From: an uncultured Gemmatimonadaceae bacterium
GTDB lineage: Bacteria; Gemmatimonadota; Gemmatimonadetes; Gemmatimonadales; Gemmatimonadaceae
Assembly: GCA_963781585.1 (NCBI GenBank)
Contig: CAWAGQ010000005.1
Coordinates: 288,001 to 352,000 of the forward strand
DNA: 64,000 nt
Direction of reading: 5' to 3'
Every line of letters starts with the position of its first letter. The stretch's first letter is position 1. Both the position numbers and the translations under genes were made by a program. The notes under the pieces are model-generated. The model had not been told where the DNA came from. It saw only the letters and a list, made by a program, of their open reading frames with translations, and searched no databases. Below are positions 10,206 through 20,043 of this stretch, piece after piece.

Positions 10206-10706
10206 CTAGCTGGCGTCAGCACTCGTCGTGAACCAGGTCATCAGCCCTTCCAGTCCCCGTGCGTCGTCATCATCGAAGGCATCCGCCGTTTCGCTATCGA
10301 TGTCGAGGACCGCTGACAATTGCCCGTGTCTGGCGAAGACCGGCACAACGATTTCGGAACGAGCCCGCGCATCGCAGACGATGTGACCGGGGAACCGGCT
10401 CACATCCGGCACGATGACAGTTCGGCGCTGTGCGGCGGCCGTACCGCACACCCCTGATCCCAGCGGTATTTCCAGACAGCCCAGCGAACCCTGATACGGG
10501 CCGATACGCAGTAGCGAGCCCGACGACACTACCCGGTAGAAGCCGACCCAAAGATGGCCGAACCCCTCTCGAAGGAGGCAGCTGATGGTCGCCATCCCTG
10601 TGACCGGATCGTGGATTCCCGACAACACCGCGCGACATTGCGTATCCAACTGCTGATACGCTTCCGCTTTTGGGAGCCCCCGCACGTCGAGCACTGCCTC
10701 AGTCAT
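10206..10706 (-). CDS. GAF-domain protein, free methionine-(R)-sulfoxide reductase (MsrC)-like
   Basis: Motifs WVGFY, GPYQGSLGCLEI, GVCGTAA, FPGHIVCD, SEIVVP, VLDIDS and FDDDD. Confidence 0.85.
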   Translation of the reverse strand: MTEAVLDVRGLPKAEAYQQLDTQCRAVLSGIHDPVTGMATISCLLREGFGHLWVGFYRVVSSGSLLRIGPYQGSLGCLEIPLGSGVCGTAAAQRRTVIVPDVSRFPGHIVCDARARSEIVVPVFARHGQLSAVLDIDSETADAFDDDDARGLEGLMTWFTTSADAS

Positions 10707-10743
10707 TTGCCAGTCAAACCTGGAGTAACGGCCCAGTCTGCAC

Positions 10744-11280
10744 TTACGGCAGAAGTGTGATCTCTCCTTTCATCCCCATGGCCAGGTGTGGTGTGCAATG
10801 AAAGGGGTACTTTCCCGGCGGCAGGTTTCCCAGGGAGAGCAGCAAGGTGTCGCTTTCAGCAATTAGCATGTCGGACGTGCCATCGGTACTGTTCGGCATA
10901 TTCGCAAACAACTGCTCTTTGGAACCTGCGGGAATGGTAGCAGGGTCGAATGCGATGTTGTGAGGCGGGAGGGAAACCACAACGAACCGGATGCCGTCTC
11001 CAACCCTGGCCGTAATATTCGCCGGCTCAAAGCGATAGCCTTGCGCATCGCCGATCAATCTGACCTCGTGAATCTGTCCAGTGATGGGAGCCGCGGTGAG
11101 GGCCGAGCTGCCTGGGGATGCCGGCATCGGAGTCAGCATCGTGACGGTATCCAGATTGGAAGTGGTATCGAGCTGATTCGACTTGCCACCCCTGCAGGCT
11201 TCGAGCAGAACCATACCCGAACCCAGCACGAGCCCCAAATACCTCACTGCCGATCGCCGCGACGGGCTAGTCCATTTCAT
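10744..11280 (-). CDS. Plastocyanin/azurin-family blue copper protein, probable lipoprotein
   Basis: HNIAF and CTPHLAMGMKG supply type-1 Cu ligands. The N-terminus has SRR, a hydrophobic stretch and LEAC. Confidence 0.88.
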   Translation of the reverse strand: MKWTSPSRRSAVRYLGLVLGSGMVLLEACRGGKSNQLDTTSNLDTVTMLTPMPASPGSSALTAAPITGQIHEVRLIGDAQGYRFEPANITARVGDGIRFVVVSLPPHNIAFDPATIPAGSKEQLFANMPNSTDGTSDMLIAESDTLLLSLGNLPPGKYPFHCTPHLAMGMKGEITLLP

Positions 11281-11325
11281 GACGGGAAAGGTGCGGCCGG
11301 CGCCGAGAGGGGCCGGGCATTGGAG

Positions 11326-11343
11326 TTGTGAACTTATTCACAA
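11326..11343. promoter_or_regulatory. Rex-type operator
   Basis: TTGTGAA-ctta-TTCACAA, with perfect arms of the established Rex consensus, 45 bp upstream of the cupredoxin start. Confidence 0.75.
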
Positions 11344-11643
11344 GCGGCTCAAACGCAACGGATTGAGATCCCCATTGCGCACATCACTGGACGGCGTGGA
11401 GCGATCGCCACCAGGACCTGCTGCGTTGGCGTCGTCGTCGTCCATTGGGCCGTGATTCGTGGCGAACCATCACGGGGAATGTCCGAGCCAGCGCTGCTGC
11501 GCGCTTGCTTTTCTTCCGTTTCCCCTGCCCTTTCTCGTCGGAGATCTCCGTGTGGGATGAACGAACGGCATGACCGACGCGCTCACCTCGGGAGGCTGGC
11601 CTGCAATGGAGCGTATGCTTCAGACGCTGGAGGCGATTTCCCT

Positions 11644-12354
11644 GTGATCGTGATTCCAGCCATCAACCTGCGGGCCGGAGCCTGCATGCTGCCGGTCGAG
11701 GGACGGGAGCGTGCCGATCGCATCCGATCAGTCGAGCCTCCGTCGATGGTGCACGCATATGTGCAATGCGGGTTCCGTCGGATTCACCTGTCAGAGGTGG
11801 ACGCGACATCGATGGGTGCCGCCAACCGTGGCATCGTGCTGGACCTGCTGTGGGATGGCGCCGCTGAGTTCTACGTGCGCGGTGGACACTGCGCGACCGA
11901 CGATGTGCGCCAGCTGGTGACCTCTGGTGCCCGTTATGCCGTGATTGGCACCTCCGTCGTGCAGGATCCCTGGTGGCTGGCTGACGCGACGGATCTCTTC
12001 GAGGACGCGATCATCCTGTCCGTTGAGGTGCAGCACCGGCGTGCGGCGGCCTGTGGATGGAGTCCAGCGCGGCCAGTCCCGGTGAGCGAGCTCCTCGACG
12101 AGGTCCAGGACGTCGGTCTTGCCGGAATCCTCGTTGAACCTGTCGACCATCGGCAATCAGTCACGAACGATCTCGGCCTCGTGGAAGACATTGTCGACGC
12201 GTGCACGTGTCCTGTGTACGTTGCCGGCGGAATCGCGTCGATGAGAGAGCTGCGCGCGCTCGAGGACCGATCGGTAACTGGCGTCGTGGTGGGACGCGCC
12301 TTGCAGAGCGGAGCCTTGCATCCGCGCGTCGTCGCGCAGGAATTTGGGGCATGA
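11644..12354 (+). CDS. HisA/HisF-like TIM-barrel protein, degenerate
   Basis: VIPAINLRAG, GARYAVIGT, VYVAGGIAS and GVVVGRAL. GTG at 11644 matches the start of the family fold. Confidence 0.75.
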   Translation: MIVIPAINLRAGACMLPVEGRERADRIRSVEPPSMVHAYVQCGFRRIHLSEVDATSMGAANRGIVLDLLWDGAAEFYVRGGHCATDDVRQLVTSGARYAVIGTSVVQDPWWLADATDLFEDAIILSVEVQHRRAAACGWSPARPVPVSELLDEVQDVGLAGILVEPVDHRQSVTNDLGLVEDIVDACTCPVYVAGGIASMRELRALEDRSVTGVVVGRALQSGALHPRVVAQEFGA

Positions 12355-12394
12355 TCACTGGGGCACCGAACCTGACCAGTCTGCTCCCGACCTG

Positions 12395-13171
12395 ATGGCT
12401 TCGTCGGATCCATCACTCCTGGAAATTGTCGCCGATCTCGTGCAGGTGGCAGGCGACGCTGCATTGCGCCACTTTCGCAGGAGCCTCACCGTGGAGCACA
12501 AGAGTGATGGATCCGAAGTGACCATCGCCGATCGGGCGGCCGAGCACGCTGTTCGCGATTGGATCGAGGTTCGGTTCCCGACCGACAGTATTGTGGGTGA
12601 GGAGTTGCCGCCCACGGAACGCTCACCCACGCGGTGCTGGTACGTCGATCCGATCGATGGCACGAAGAGTTTCGTTCGCGGCGTACCGCTTTGGGGTTCG
12701 ATGGTGGCACTGAAGGTCTCTGGCGAGATCGTCGCAGGGGGGATCCGGTGTCCGGCCACCGACGACACCGTCGTTGCCGTGCGCGGGAGTGGGTGCTGGC
12801 ACAACGGAGCACGCGCCCGAGTGTCGACAACGGCGTCCTTGGCGGACGCCGCGATCGTGGCCACCGACGCGCGGTTCCCATCACATGTCGGGGGTGCGGA
12901 ACGCTGGAGCGCGCTCGCGGGTCGCGTCGCGATCGCGCGTTCATGGGGTGACTGCTACGGGTACGTGCTGGTGGCGACCGGGCGGGCGGAGTTGATGGCG
13001 GATGATCGGCTGCACCCTTGGGACGTCGCCCCTCTGCTTCCCATCATTGCGGAGGCGGGTGGGGTGCTCTCCGACTGGAGTGGGCGAACCGACTTCATGG
13101 GACCGGATGGCATCGCCTCGAACGCCGTGCTGGCTGGGGCGTTGCGCAGCGCGCTGGGAGTGCCGACGTAG
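12395..13171 (+). CDS. hisN: Inositol monophosphatase family, histidinol-phosphatase (HisN)-like
   Basis: Motifs KSDGSEVTIAD, GEE, VDPIDGTKSFVRGVP, WGDCYGY and WDVAPL. Confidence 0.75.
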   Translation: MASSDPSLLEIVADLVQVAGDAALRHFRRSLTVEHKSDGSEVTIADRAAEHAVRDWIEVRFPTDSIVGEELPPTERSPTRCWYVDPIDGTKSFVRGVPLWGSMVALKVSGEIVAGGIRCPATDDTVVAVRGSGCWHNGARARVSTTASLADAAIVATDARFPSHVGGAERWSALAGRVAIARSWGDCYGYVLVATGRAELMADDRLHPWDVAPLLPIIAEAGGVLSDWSGRTDFMGPDGIASNAVLAGALRSALGVPT

Positions 13172-13181
13172 GTCGTACGAC

Positions 13182-14546
13182 TCAGAAGCGTTCCATGATC
13201 CGGGTGGGTACGCGGCTGGTGTCACCTATGAAGACGAACTTCACGTCCCGCATATAGCGCCGTGCAACACGCCGGATGTCCTCCCCGGTAATGGCGCGCA
13301 GGTCGTTTCCGAAGCGGTCCGCCGCATGGTAGTCGCCCTGATAGAGCTGTGCGCGCACCAGAAAGTCCGCCTGGTCGGCCGCCGACTCATTGTCAATGAA
13401 GTACTGCGTGACGAACTGCTGCACCAGGCGCTCGAGCGCACTCGGATCCACGAATCCGCCCTTCAGTGCGTCCAGCTCCTGCCGCATGACACCCAAGGTG
13501 ACGTCGGGCGAGACCGTCGTGACGTACAGGCCGCCGGCGGCCACGGCACGTTCGACGAAAGGCGCTTCCACGGCGTACGTCAGGTTTCGTCGGGATCGGA
13601 TCTCGCTGAATAACTGACCCGAGAGAACCGCGGTGGCTATTCGCAGCGCCTGATAGTCGCGGGAATCCGCAGGCGGGCCCGCAAATTCACCCAGGATGTA
13701 GTTGGTGGGCAGGGGGCGGTACACCGCGAGTACCGCGGCCTCGGAATGCGGAAGGGTATCGGGCAGGGTCCAGCGATACGATCCGGGTGGCAGATGCCCG
13801 AGCGTCCGTGCGATCGCGCGCTCCACGTTCGACCGCGCAATATTGCCGACGACGACCAAGAGCATCCGGGATTTCACAAAGCTTCCGGCGTGATAGCGGC
13901 GCAGATCGTCCACCGTGACGCGGGAAAGGGACCGCTCCGTTCCCGTCGGAGGGCGCGCGTACGGATGCCCTGCGAAGGCAAACGAGTCGGCGAGGAAGTC
14001 GACCAACGCATCTGGCGAGTCGCGTCGTTGCCGTACAGCAGCCAGCAGCTGATCGCGCACAAGTTCTACGTCGCTGGAGTCGAGCAGCGGTTCTATCACG
14101 CGGCTTGCCAACACATCCCAGGTGGAATCAAAGGTCGTGCGCGTCGCCCGCATGCCGATCGACGACCAGTCCGTCCGCGCGCTGGTGACGATCGAGGTGC
14201 CCAGTCGAGCCATGAGCTGGCGCAGACGGTTCCGCGAAAACGACTCGGTGCCGCGCTCGCTCGCCTCGAGCAACAGGGTCTCTATTCCGGCGTTGTCGTT
14301 CGAGACATTCCGTACGCCTCCAAGCAGGTACAGGTTGGCCACGACGATGTCGCTCGTCCTGGCAAAGCGCTGTATCACGTGAACGCCCGCTATGTCATAC
14401 GCGACCGTTCCGGTATCAGCGGCCTGCGGGCTGGCTGGTCTGGCATCGGACGTCATCGGTGATCGGGTCGCGATGGCGACAAGCACCGCCGCCAGCGGAA
14501 CCCGGCTCCCGCGAAACGCGATCCCCGATCGCCCCGGCAGCTTCAC
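13182..14546 (-). CDS. M16 peptidase, non-catalytic subunit (likely exported)
   Basis: M16 fold motifs (GHPYARP, LFSEIRSRRNLTY) but no HxxEH; hydrophobic N-terminus. Confidence 0.8.
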   Translation of the reverse strand: MKLPGRSGIAFRGSRVPLAAVLVAIATRSPMTSDARPASPQAADTGTVAYDIAGVHVIQRFARTSDIVVANLYLLGGVRNVSNDNAGIETLLLEASERGTESFSRNRLRQLMARLGTSIVTSARTDWSSIGMRATRTTFDSTWDVLASRVIEPLLDSSDVELVRDQLLAAVRQRRDSPDALVDFLADSFAFAGHPYARPPTGTERSLSRVTVDDLRRYHAGSFVKSRMLLVVVGNIARSNVERAIARTLGHLPPGSYRWTLPDTLPHSEAAVLAVYRPLPTNYILGEFAGPPADSRDYQALRIATAVLSGQLFSEIRSRRNLTYAVEAPFVERAVAAGGLYVTTVSPDVTLGVMRQELDALKGGFVDPSALERLVQQFVTQYFIDNESAADQADFLVRAQLYQGDYHAADRFGNDLRAITGEDIRRVARRYMRDVKFVFIGDTSRVPTRIMERF

Positions 14547-15919
14547 GGCGTTCCGCGCGGCAGCACGTCGGTCGTCGTGAGCCCGATTCGTTCACGCGTG
14601 CCCGGTGGCAGGAGAAGACCCACAATTCGATCGTGTCCCACAATGTATTTCCTGGCGTATCGTCGCAGGTCCCCGAGCGTCTGCGCTGCCATATTGTCGA
14701 CGTACCCCATGTAGTACTCGAGGCCAGCCACACCCCACCAGAATCCCAGCGTGTGGGCAAAGTCGGAGGGACGGTCGAATCCAAACGTGGTGCTCACCGC
14801 CCGCTGCGCCTTGGTGGCATCGAGTTCAGTCTGCGTGATGTATCCGGAATCCGCGAGCTGCTGGATCTCGCGATTCAGCGCGCGAATGGCCTCCTTCAGC
14901 CGCTCCGGGGTGGTTTGTCCCAGAATGGTGATGGGCCCAACGTGATCGAGGGTGTAGTAGTTGACAATGACGGACTGGAACAGGCCAGAGTCCACCAGAC
15001 GCCGTTGCAGCGTGGAGCCCGGCTGATTCAAGGCATCGGAAAAGACGTCCGCTGCGTAGGTCGCTGCCGGATCACTGCGCACACTGGGTCCCTGCCATCG
15101 CACCTCTACGGTCACTGCGCCGACAGGCTGCTCCACGAACACGGCTGCGCTGCTATCGAGGGGAGGAATCGGAGGAATCGGAGCCGCCTCGAACGGATTC
15201 GGGCGACGCGTCCAGTCGCCCAGGGAGCGCTCGGCCAACGCGAACACCTGTGCGGGATTGACGTCCCCGGTCACGATCAGCGCGGAATTGTTGGGCACGT
15301 AGTAGCGTCCTTGAATCTCGCGCATCTTGTCCGGGGTGACCGTCTGCAATACATCGCGGTCCCCAATGATGTTCTTCCGACTCCATTGGCCGGGATAAAG
15401 TAGTTGATCCATGGCCTTTTCGAGCTCGAAGAACGGACTCGATTCGTTGCGATCATATTCGCCGAGAACAACCTGCCTTTCGCGCTCGAGATCCGCACGG
15501 AGGAACAGGGGCTGCCGCAGGGCGGCGACCATCAGCTCCAGCCCGCCCTCCAGGCTGTCTGCAGGTAGCGTCATATAATAGTTGACACGTTCTTCCTGCG
15601 TCGTGCCGTTGAATATGGCCCCGAGCTCGGACGCGCGTTCGATGAAGTCGTCGGGGTTGGGTAACCGGGCATTGGCTTTGAAGAACATGTGTTCGTACAT
15701 ATGCGCCAGCCCTTCGTAGCCATGAGGCTGCGTGAAGGACCCGTTCTTGACATCGAACTCCACAGTGGCCAGCGGAACCCCGTGGTTTTCCGCTACAATC
15801 ACTTCGAGTCCGTTCGCTAGCACTCGCTGGTGAATGAACCGCTCCAACTCGGTTCGCTGCGCATGCGCCGCGCTGGCCACCAACAGCCCTAACGCAGGAA
15901 GGAAGACCGCTCGGACCAT
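14543..15919 (-). CDS. M16 zinc peptidase, catalytic subunit with signal peptide
   Basis: LANGLEV, GLAHMYEHMFF (HxxEH) and ERQVVLGE; signal MVRAVFLPALGLLVASAAHA. Confidence 0.85.
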   Translation of the reverse strand: MVRAVFLPALGLLVASAAHAQRTELERFIHQRVLANGLEVIVAENHGVPLATVEFDVKNGSFTQPHGYEGLAHMYEHMFFKANARLPNPDDFIERASELGAIFNGTTQEERVNYYMTLPADSLEGGLELMVAALRQPLFLRADLERERQVVLGEYDRNESSPFFELEKAMDQLLYPGQWSRKNIIGDRDVLQTVTPDKMREIQGRYYVPNNSALIVTGDVNPAQVFALAERSLGDWTRRPNPFEAAPIPPIPPLDSSAAVFVEQPVGAVTVEVRWQGPSVRSDPAATYAADVFSDALNQPGSTLQRRLVDSGLFQSVIVNYYTLDHVGPITILGQTTPERLKEAIRALNREIQQLADSGYITQTELDATKAQRAVSTTFGFDRPSDFAHTLGFWWGVAGLEYYMGYVDNMAAQTLGDLRRYARKYIVGHDRIVGLLLPPGTRERIGLTTTDVLPRGTP

Positions 15920-16017
15920 CTTCGAGTGACCACCACGTGGTACGGTCACAGCACCTTCCCCTCGCACGTTGCGCACGCTGGCGGTGATGAAGGACAAATG
16001 GTTTCTTTGAGCGCCCG

Positions 16018-16971
16018 ATGAATGCGTCCCTTCATTCGTATCCGTCCTTCGTCGCTGCAGCCCGCACGGTCCTCGACCTCGCGCGGCTGAAACAGCAGGA
16101 GCCGCTCGCTCCGTACACCACGTTTCGCATTGGCGGTCCGGCCGATCTCCTGTACGATGCCATCGATGCCGACGATCTGGCAAACGCGGTCCTTGCCGCC
16201 CGCCGAACGGCCACCCCGTACTTCATCCTCGGACTGGGGGCCAATATCCTGTTCGGGGACCGCGGGTTCCGTGGCATCGTCATTCGTAATTGCGCACGCG
16301 CATTCAGGTTTCGCGGACAGCATCTCCGGGCAGAAAGCGGAGCGATCATCCGCGACCTGATCTTCGCGGCGGTCCGTCGTGGCCTTTCGGGCCTCGAACA
16401 TTATGTCGGTATCCCCAGCACGGTGGGCGGAGCTGTGTGGCAGAACCTCCACTTTCTGTCTCCCGCTCCCGAGCGGGCGCGCACCATGTTCCTCGAGGAG
16501 ATCGTCGAATCGTGCGAGATCCTCACGGAGGCAGGCGGTCGGCGCACCGTGAATCGCGAGTACATGCGATTTGGATATGACACAAGCGTACTGCACCTCC
16601 AGCAAGACGTGGCCCTCGGCGTCACGTTTCAGCTTGCTGTGGAGAACGCCGATCGCATGCAACGCGTGATGCAGGAAAACCTGAGCTGGCGCGGCGCGCG
16701 GCATCCCTGGTTGGAGCTGTATCCCAGCGTCGGCTCGATCTTCAAGAAGATCGAGGGAGTCGGCGCCGGTCGTCTCATCGACCAATGTGGGCTCAAAGGG
16801 TACCGTGTCGGCGACGCGCAGATCTCGCATGTGCATGCCAACATCATCGTGAATCTCGGCGCTGCCACCGCTGCGGATGTTCGCGCCGTGATATCGCACG
16901 CTCAGGGGACTGTCCGCAGCCGCCTCGGCCAGGAGCTGCACTCGGAGATCGGCTTTGTCGGGGAATTCTGA
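16018..16971 (+). CDS. murB: UDP-N-acetylenolpyruvoylglucosamine reductase
   Basis: Motifs YTTFRIGGPAD, GLGANIL, GIPSTVGGAV, PSVGSIFK, AGRLIDQCGLKG and HANIIVN. Confidence 0.93.
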   Translation: MNASLHSYPSFVAAARTVLDLARLKQQEPLAPYTTFRIGGPADLLYDAIDADDLANAVLAARRTATPYFILGLGANILFGDRGFRGIVIRNCARAFRFRGQHLRAESGAIIRDLIFAAVRRGLSGLEHYVGIPSTVGGAVWQNLHFLSPAPERARTMFLEEIVESCEILTEAGGRRTVNREYMRFGYDTSVLHLQQDVALGVTFQLAVENADRMQRVMQENLSWRGARHPWLELYPSVGSIFKKIEGVGAGRLIDQCGLKGYRVGDAQISHVHANIIVNLGAATAADVRAVISHAQGTVRSRLGQELHSEIGFVGEF

Positions 16972-17044
16972 AGCGAGGCGCGCCGCCCTGGGCGCCGACG
17001 CTCTGGCGCCTGGAAGCGGATCGATCGCGGACACCCCCCTGCAT

Positions 17045-18058
17045 TCACCGATGGGTGTGTTCCGCTCGCCTGGACGCGAGAATCGCGACCGCAAGGATCA
17101 GCACCACCGCACTAAGGACATACGCGTTGGCGCCAGGGCCCAGGTGCGTGCGGACTGCCGCGGGGAGTAACATCTTCACGCCTACCAGGCCAAGGATTGC
17201 GGCAAGCGCGATCTTCAGATACCGGAAGCGCACGATCGCCGCCGCGAGGACAAAGTAGAGGGACCGCAGACCAAGAATCGCGAACAGGTTGCTGGTGAAC
17301 ACAATGAACGGATCCGCCGTAATCGCGAAGATGGCCGGTATCGAATCCAGCGCGAAGACGAGGTCAAAACTCTCCACAAGGACCAGCGCCACCGCGAGGG
17401 GCGTGAACACCAGGCGTCCATCCACCCGCGACACGAAGCGACCGTCTTCGAAGCGATCACTCAGCGGCAGAAATCGGCGCAGCTGCCGGAGCAGGGTCAG
17501 TTCCTCCCGCTCGATCCGTTCATTCATCCTCGCCCGCAGCATTCTCACCGCCGCATAGAGAAGAAACAGGCCAAACACGAAAAGGACCCAGTGATAACGC
17601 GCGATGAGCGACGTCCCGAGAATGATCATCACTCCGCGCGCAACGAGCGCGCCTATGACTCCCCAGAAGAGGATCCGGTGCTGGTATCGAGGTGGCACGC
17701 GAAGATGCGCAAGGACCACCGCCATGACGAATACGTTGTCCGCGCTCAACGACAGCTCGATGAGATATCCCGTCGAGAACTTGAGGGCGGCCAGTCGTCC
17801 ACTGTTGACGGTTCCGTCGATGCCATCTACCCGCGTGCCCAGACCGAACCACTGATGATCATAGGCAACCCACATCACGCCGGCGAATATCAGAGCGATG
17901 ACAAGCAGCGTGACCGTGGTTCCCAGCGCCTCCCTGACGGAGACGACATGAGGATGACGGTTCACGACACCGAGGTCGATGCCGAGGATCAGAAGTACGA
18001 AGAGGACGAATCCTCCCCATACCCAAACAACGTGGCCTGTCGTTGTCGGTCTGCCGAT
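17045..18058 (-). CDS. TerC/Alx family membrane protein (start codon uncertain)
   Basis: Motifs GYLIELSLSADNVFV, QHRILFWG, DLVFALDSIPAIFAIT and SNLFAILGLRSLYF. The frame is open upstream to 18061 and encodes the first TM helix (WVWGGFVLFVLLILGIDLGV). Confidence 0.85.
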   Translation of the reverse strand: MGRPTTTGHVVWVWGGFVLFVLLILGIDLGVVNRHPHVVSVREALGTTVTLLVIALIFAGVMWVAYDHQWFGLGTRVDGIDGTVNSGRLAALKFSTGYLIELSLSADNVFVMAVVLAHLRVPPRYQHRILFWGVIGALVARGVMIILGTSLIARYHWVLFVFGLFLLYAAVRMLRARMNERIEREELTLLRQLRRFLPLSDRFEDGRFVSRVDGRLVFTPLAVALVLVESFDLVFALDSIPAIFAITADPFIVFTSNLFAILGLRSLYFVLAAAIVRFRYLKIALAAILGLVGVKMLLPAAVRTHLGPGANAYVLSAVVLILAVAILASRRAEHTHR

Positions 18059-18291
18059 GAGTTATCGCGAGGTTACGGCGGGAACGCGAACACGCGAGGG
18101 TACGACGTGGATCGGACGCAAAGCGCAGCTCCCGGGGGCGCCCGTCACCGCCGATTGGCTCCACCATGAGGCCGGTCGCCCAGCAGTGTGTGGATCCGAT
18201 CCTGCTCCGCAACCTCCTCTGCTGCCACGCCTTCAGCCTTCACCACGCGACTCCCAGGTCGCATGGGACGGGACGCGAGTAATGTAATCCG

Positions 18292-19311
18292 ATGACGAAG
18301 TCATACAGGCCCGCTTGGTGGCTTCCTGATCCGCACTCCATGACGTTGTGGCCAAAGCTCTTTCGCGCTGCGGCGCTCGGCCCAACTGCTGTCGAAAGTT
18401 GGCCGACTTCGGACGGAGATTGGATAACCGTTGTACGCATTGACGCCGGATATCACGCGCCGCGCATCATCCTTCTGCATGGGTTGGAGGGTTCTCAGCA
18501 GTCACACTACGTGCGTGGCATGGCGGCCGAGGTACGAGCACGGAAGTGGGGCTTGGACCTCTTGTTGTTCAGAACTTGCGACGGAAAGGTGAACGCGACA
18601 CCGCGGTCATATCATTCCGGTGAGACCAGCGACCTGGACTTCGTTGTCCGACGAGTAACGGAGGAGTATCCCGAGGCACCGTGCGCGGTCGTTGGCGTCT
18701 CTCTTGGGGCAAACGTGGCGCTGAAATGGCTGGGCGAGCGTTGTGACCGCCTGCCGCCTCGCCTATGCGCTGCGGCAGCCGTCTCCACCCCGTTTGAACT
18801 CAGTCAGTCCAGCCAGCGCGTCCATCAAGGCTTTTCGCGCGTTTATGAGCGGCATTTTCTCAGGAGTCTCCGTCGAAAGGCGCTGAAGAAGCTCGATCGG
18901 TTTCCGAAAATCGCTGAGCGATCTGCGGTCGCGTCTGCCCAAAGCCTGCGGGACTTCGATGAGGCGTTCACCTCGATTGTCCACGGGTTTGAGAATGCGG
19001 ATGACTACTACAGTCGCTCGAGTTCCCTGGCGTTCCTGCCGTCGATACGCATCCCGACTCTGCTATTGAGTGCCAGAGATGACCCATTTCATCCTCCACG
19101 GGTGCTCGACCGAGTGGCCGAGATCGCCGCCAAGAACCCCCTCCTCAGGCCGGAATTCCCTCAACGCGGCGGGCACGCCGGTTTCGTTGCGGGTTCTCTA
19201 CCGGGCAAGGCGTCATATTATGCCGAACGGAGGATTGCCGAGTTCTGCGCACACGAGTTCGTCAGGGCATCCGAAACGACCGGCGAGGAGCGGCCAAGGG
19301 CAGGTCGCTAG
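18292..19311 (+). CDS. Alpha/beta hydrolase, YheT-like
   Basis: Motifs LHGLEGS, YHSGETSDL, GVSLGAN nucleophile elbow, ARDDPF and GGHAGF. Confidence 0.88.
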   Translation: MTKSYRPAWWLPDPHSMTLWPKLFRAAALGPTAVESWPTSDGDWITVVRIDAGYHAPRIILLHGLEGSQQSHYVRGMAAEVRARKWGLDLLLFRTCDGKVNATPRSYHSGETSDLDFVVRRVTEEYPEAPCAVVGVSLGANVALKWLGERCDRLPPRLCAAAAVSTPFELSQSSQRVHQGFSRVYERHFLRSLRRKALKKLDRFPKIAERSAVASAQSLRDFDEAFTSIVHGFENADDYYSRSSSLAFLPSIRIPTLLLSARDDPFHPPRVLDRVAEIAAKNPLLRPEFPQRGGHAGFVAGSLPGKASYYAERRIAEFCAHEFVRASETTGEERPRAGR

Positions 19312-19443
19312 AGTGGTGTCGGGTGCGGCTCGAGGTCCACAGAGCTTGACCGGCGAGCCCCCCTCCTTGCAGCGTGAGGTAGAACAAGGAGAGTCGCTGC
19401 TGCGAGGGAGTATTCCAGTGACTGAAATGGGTGATCGACGTCG

Positions 19444-20004
19444 ATGAGCCTGTTCTTTGCCGCTGCCTTCCTGCTCGGCGTCGCGGCAGGCGTCTACTTT
19501 CTCGCTCGAGGAGTTGAACGTCTTCCGAAGTCCGTAGAGTCCCTGTCTGTCGATCAGTTTGGCAGACTCTCCCGGGCTGGGAGATTAGCCCTGGGAGCTC
19601 CGATCCTGGCTGCTTTTCTCATGGTCTTTGGACTCGTCGGATACGTCGCCGGGCGCGTAGGTCTTCGAGGCAGCGGTACACTCGTGCTTGTTGCCACCGC
19701 GGCCGGCTCCCTTGCCAGTTGGCTCGCCGTCCGTTCGGTGACTCGATGGGCGCGATACGCGGCGACTCACGACGGTCCGGACGAACGCTACGAGCTACAG
19801 GGACACGTGGCAACAGTCGTTCGCGCGGCCGACAGTGCTCGCGACGCAGAAGTGGAGTATGTCCTGAATGGAAGGCGTGTCGTGATGCCGGCTCGGGGCG
19901 AAAGTACCACCCCGCTGGCTGTGGGCACGGAAGTGGTGATCGAGCGACTCGAGATGGGGGTCGCATTCGTCGAGTCATGGACGCAGGTCGAGGAACGCAT
20001 CTGA
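19444..20004 (+). CDS. Membrane protein with NfeD-like C-terminal OB domain
   Basis: Three TM segments, then GHVATVV...PLAVGTEVVIERLEMGVAFVE. Confidence 0.7.
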   Translation: MSLFFAAAFLLGVAAGVYFLARGVERLPKSVESLSVDQFGRLSRAGRLALGAPILAAFLMVFGLVGYVAGRVGLRGSGTLVLVATAAGSLASWLAVRSVTRWARYAATHDGPDERYELQGHVATVVRAADSARDAEVEYVLNGRRVVMPARGESTTPLAVGTEVVIERLEMGVAFVESWTQVEERI

Positions 20005-20043
20005 ATTTCACCCCGACCGGATTCCCCTTGCTGGAGCGTCGTG

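Noticed and set aside
18062..18290. yybP-ykoY Mn riboswitch expected upstream of terC
   Set aside because: Only a weak gggagtcgc resemblance; the other conserved elements were not found by eye. An Infernal scan would settle it.
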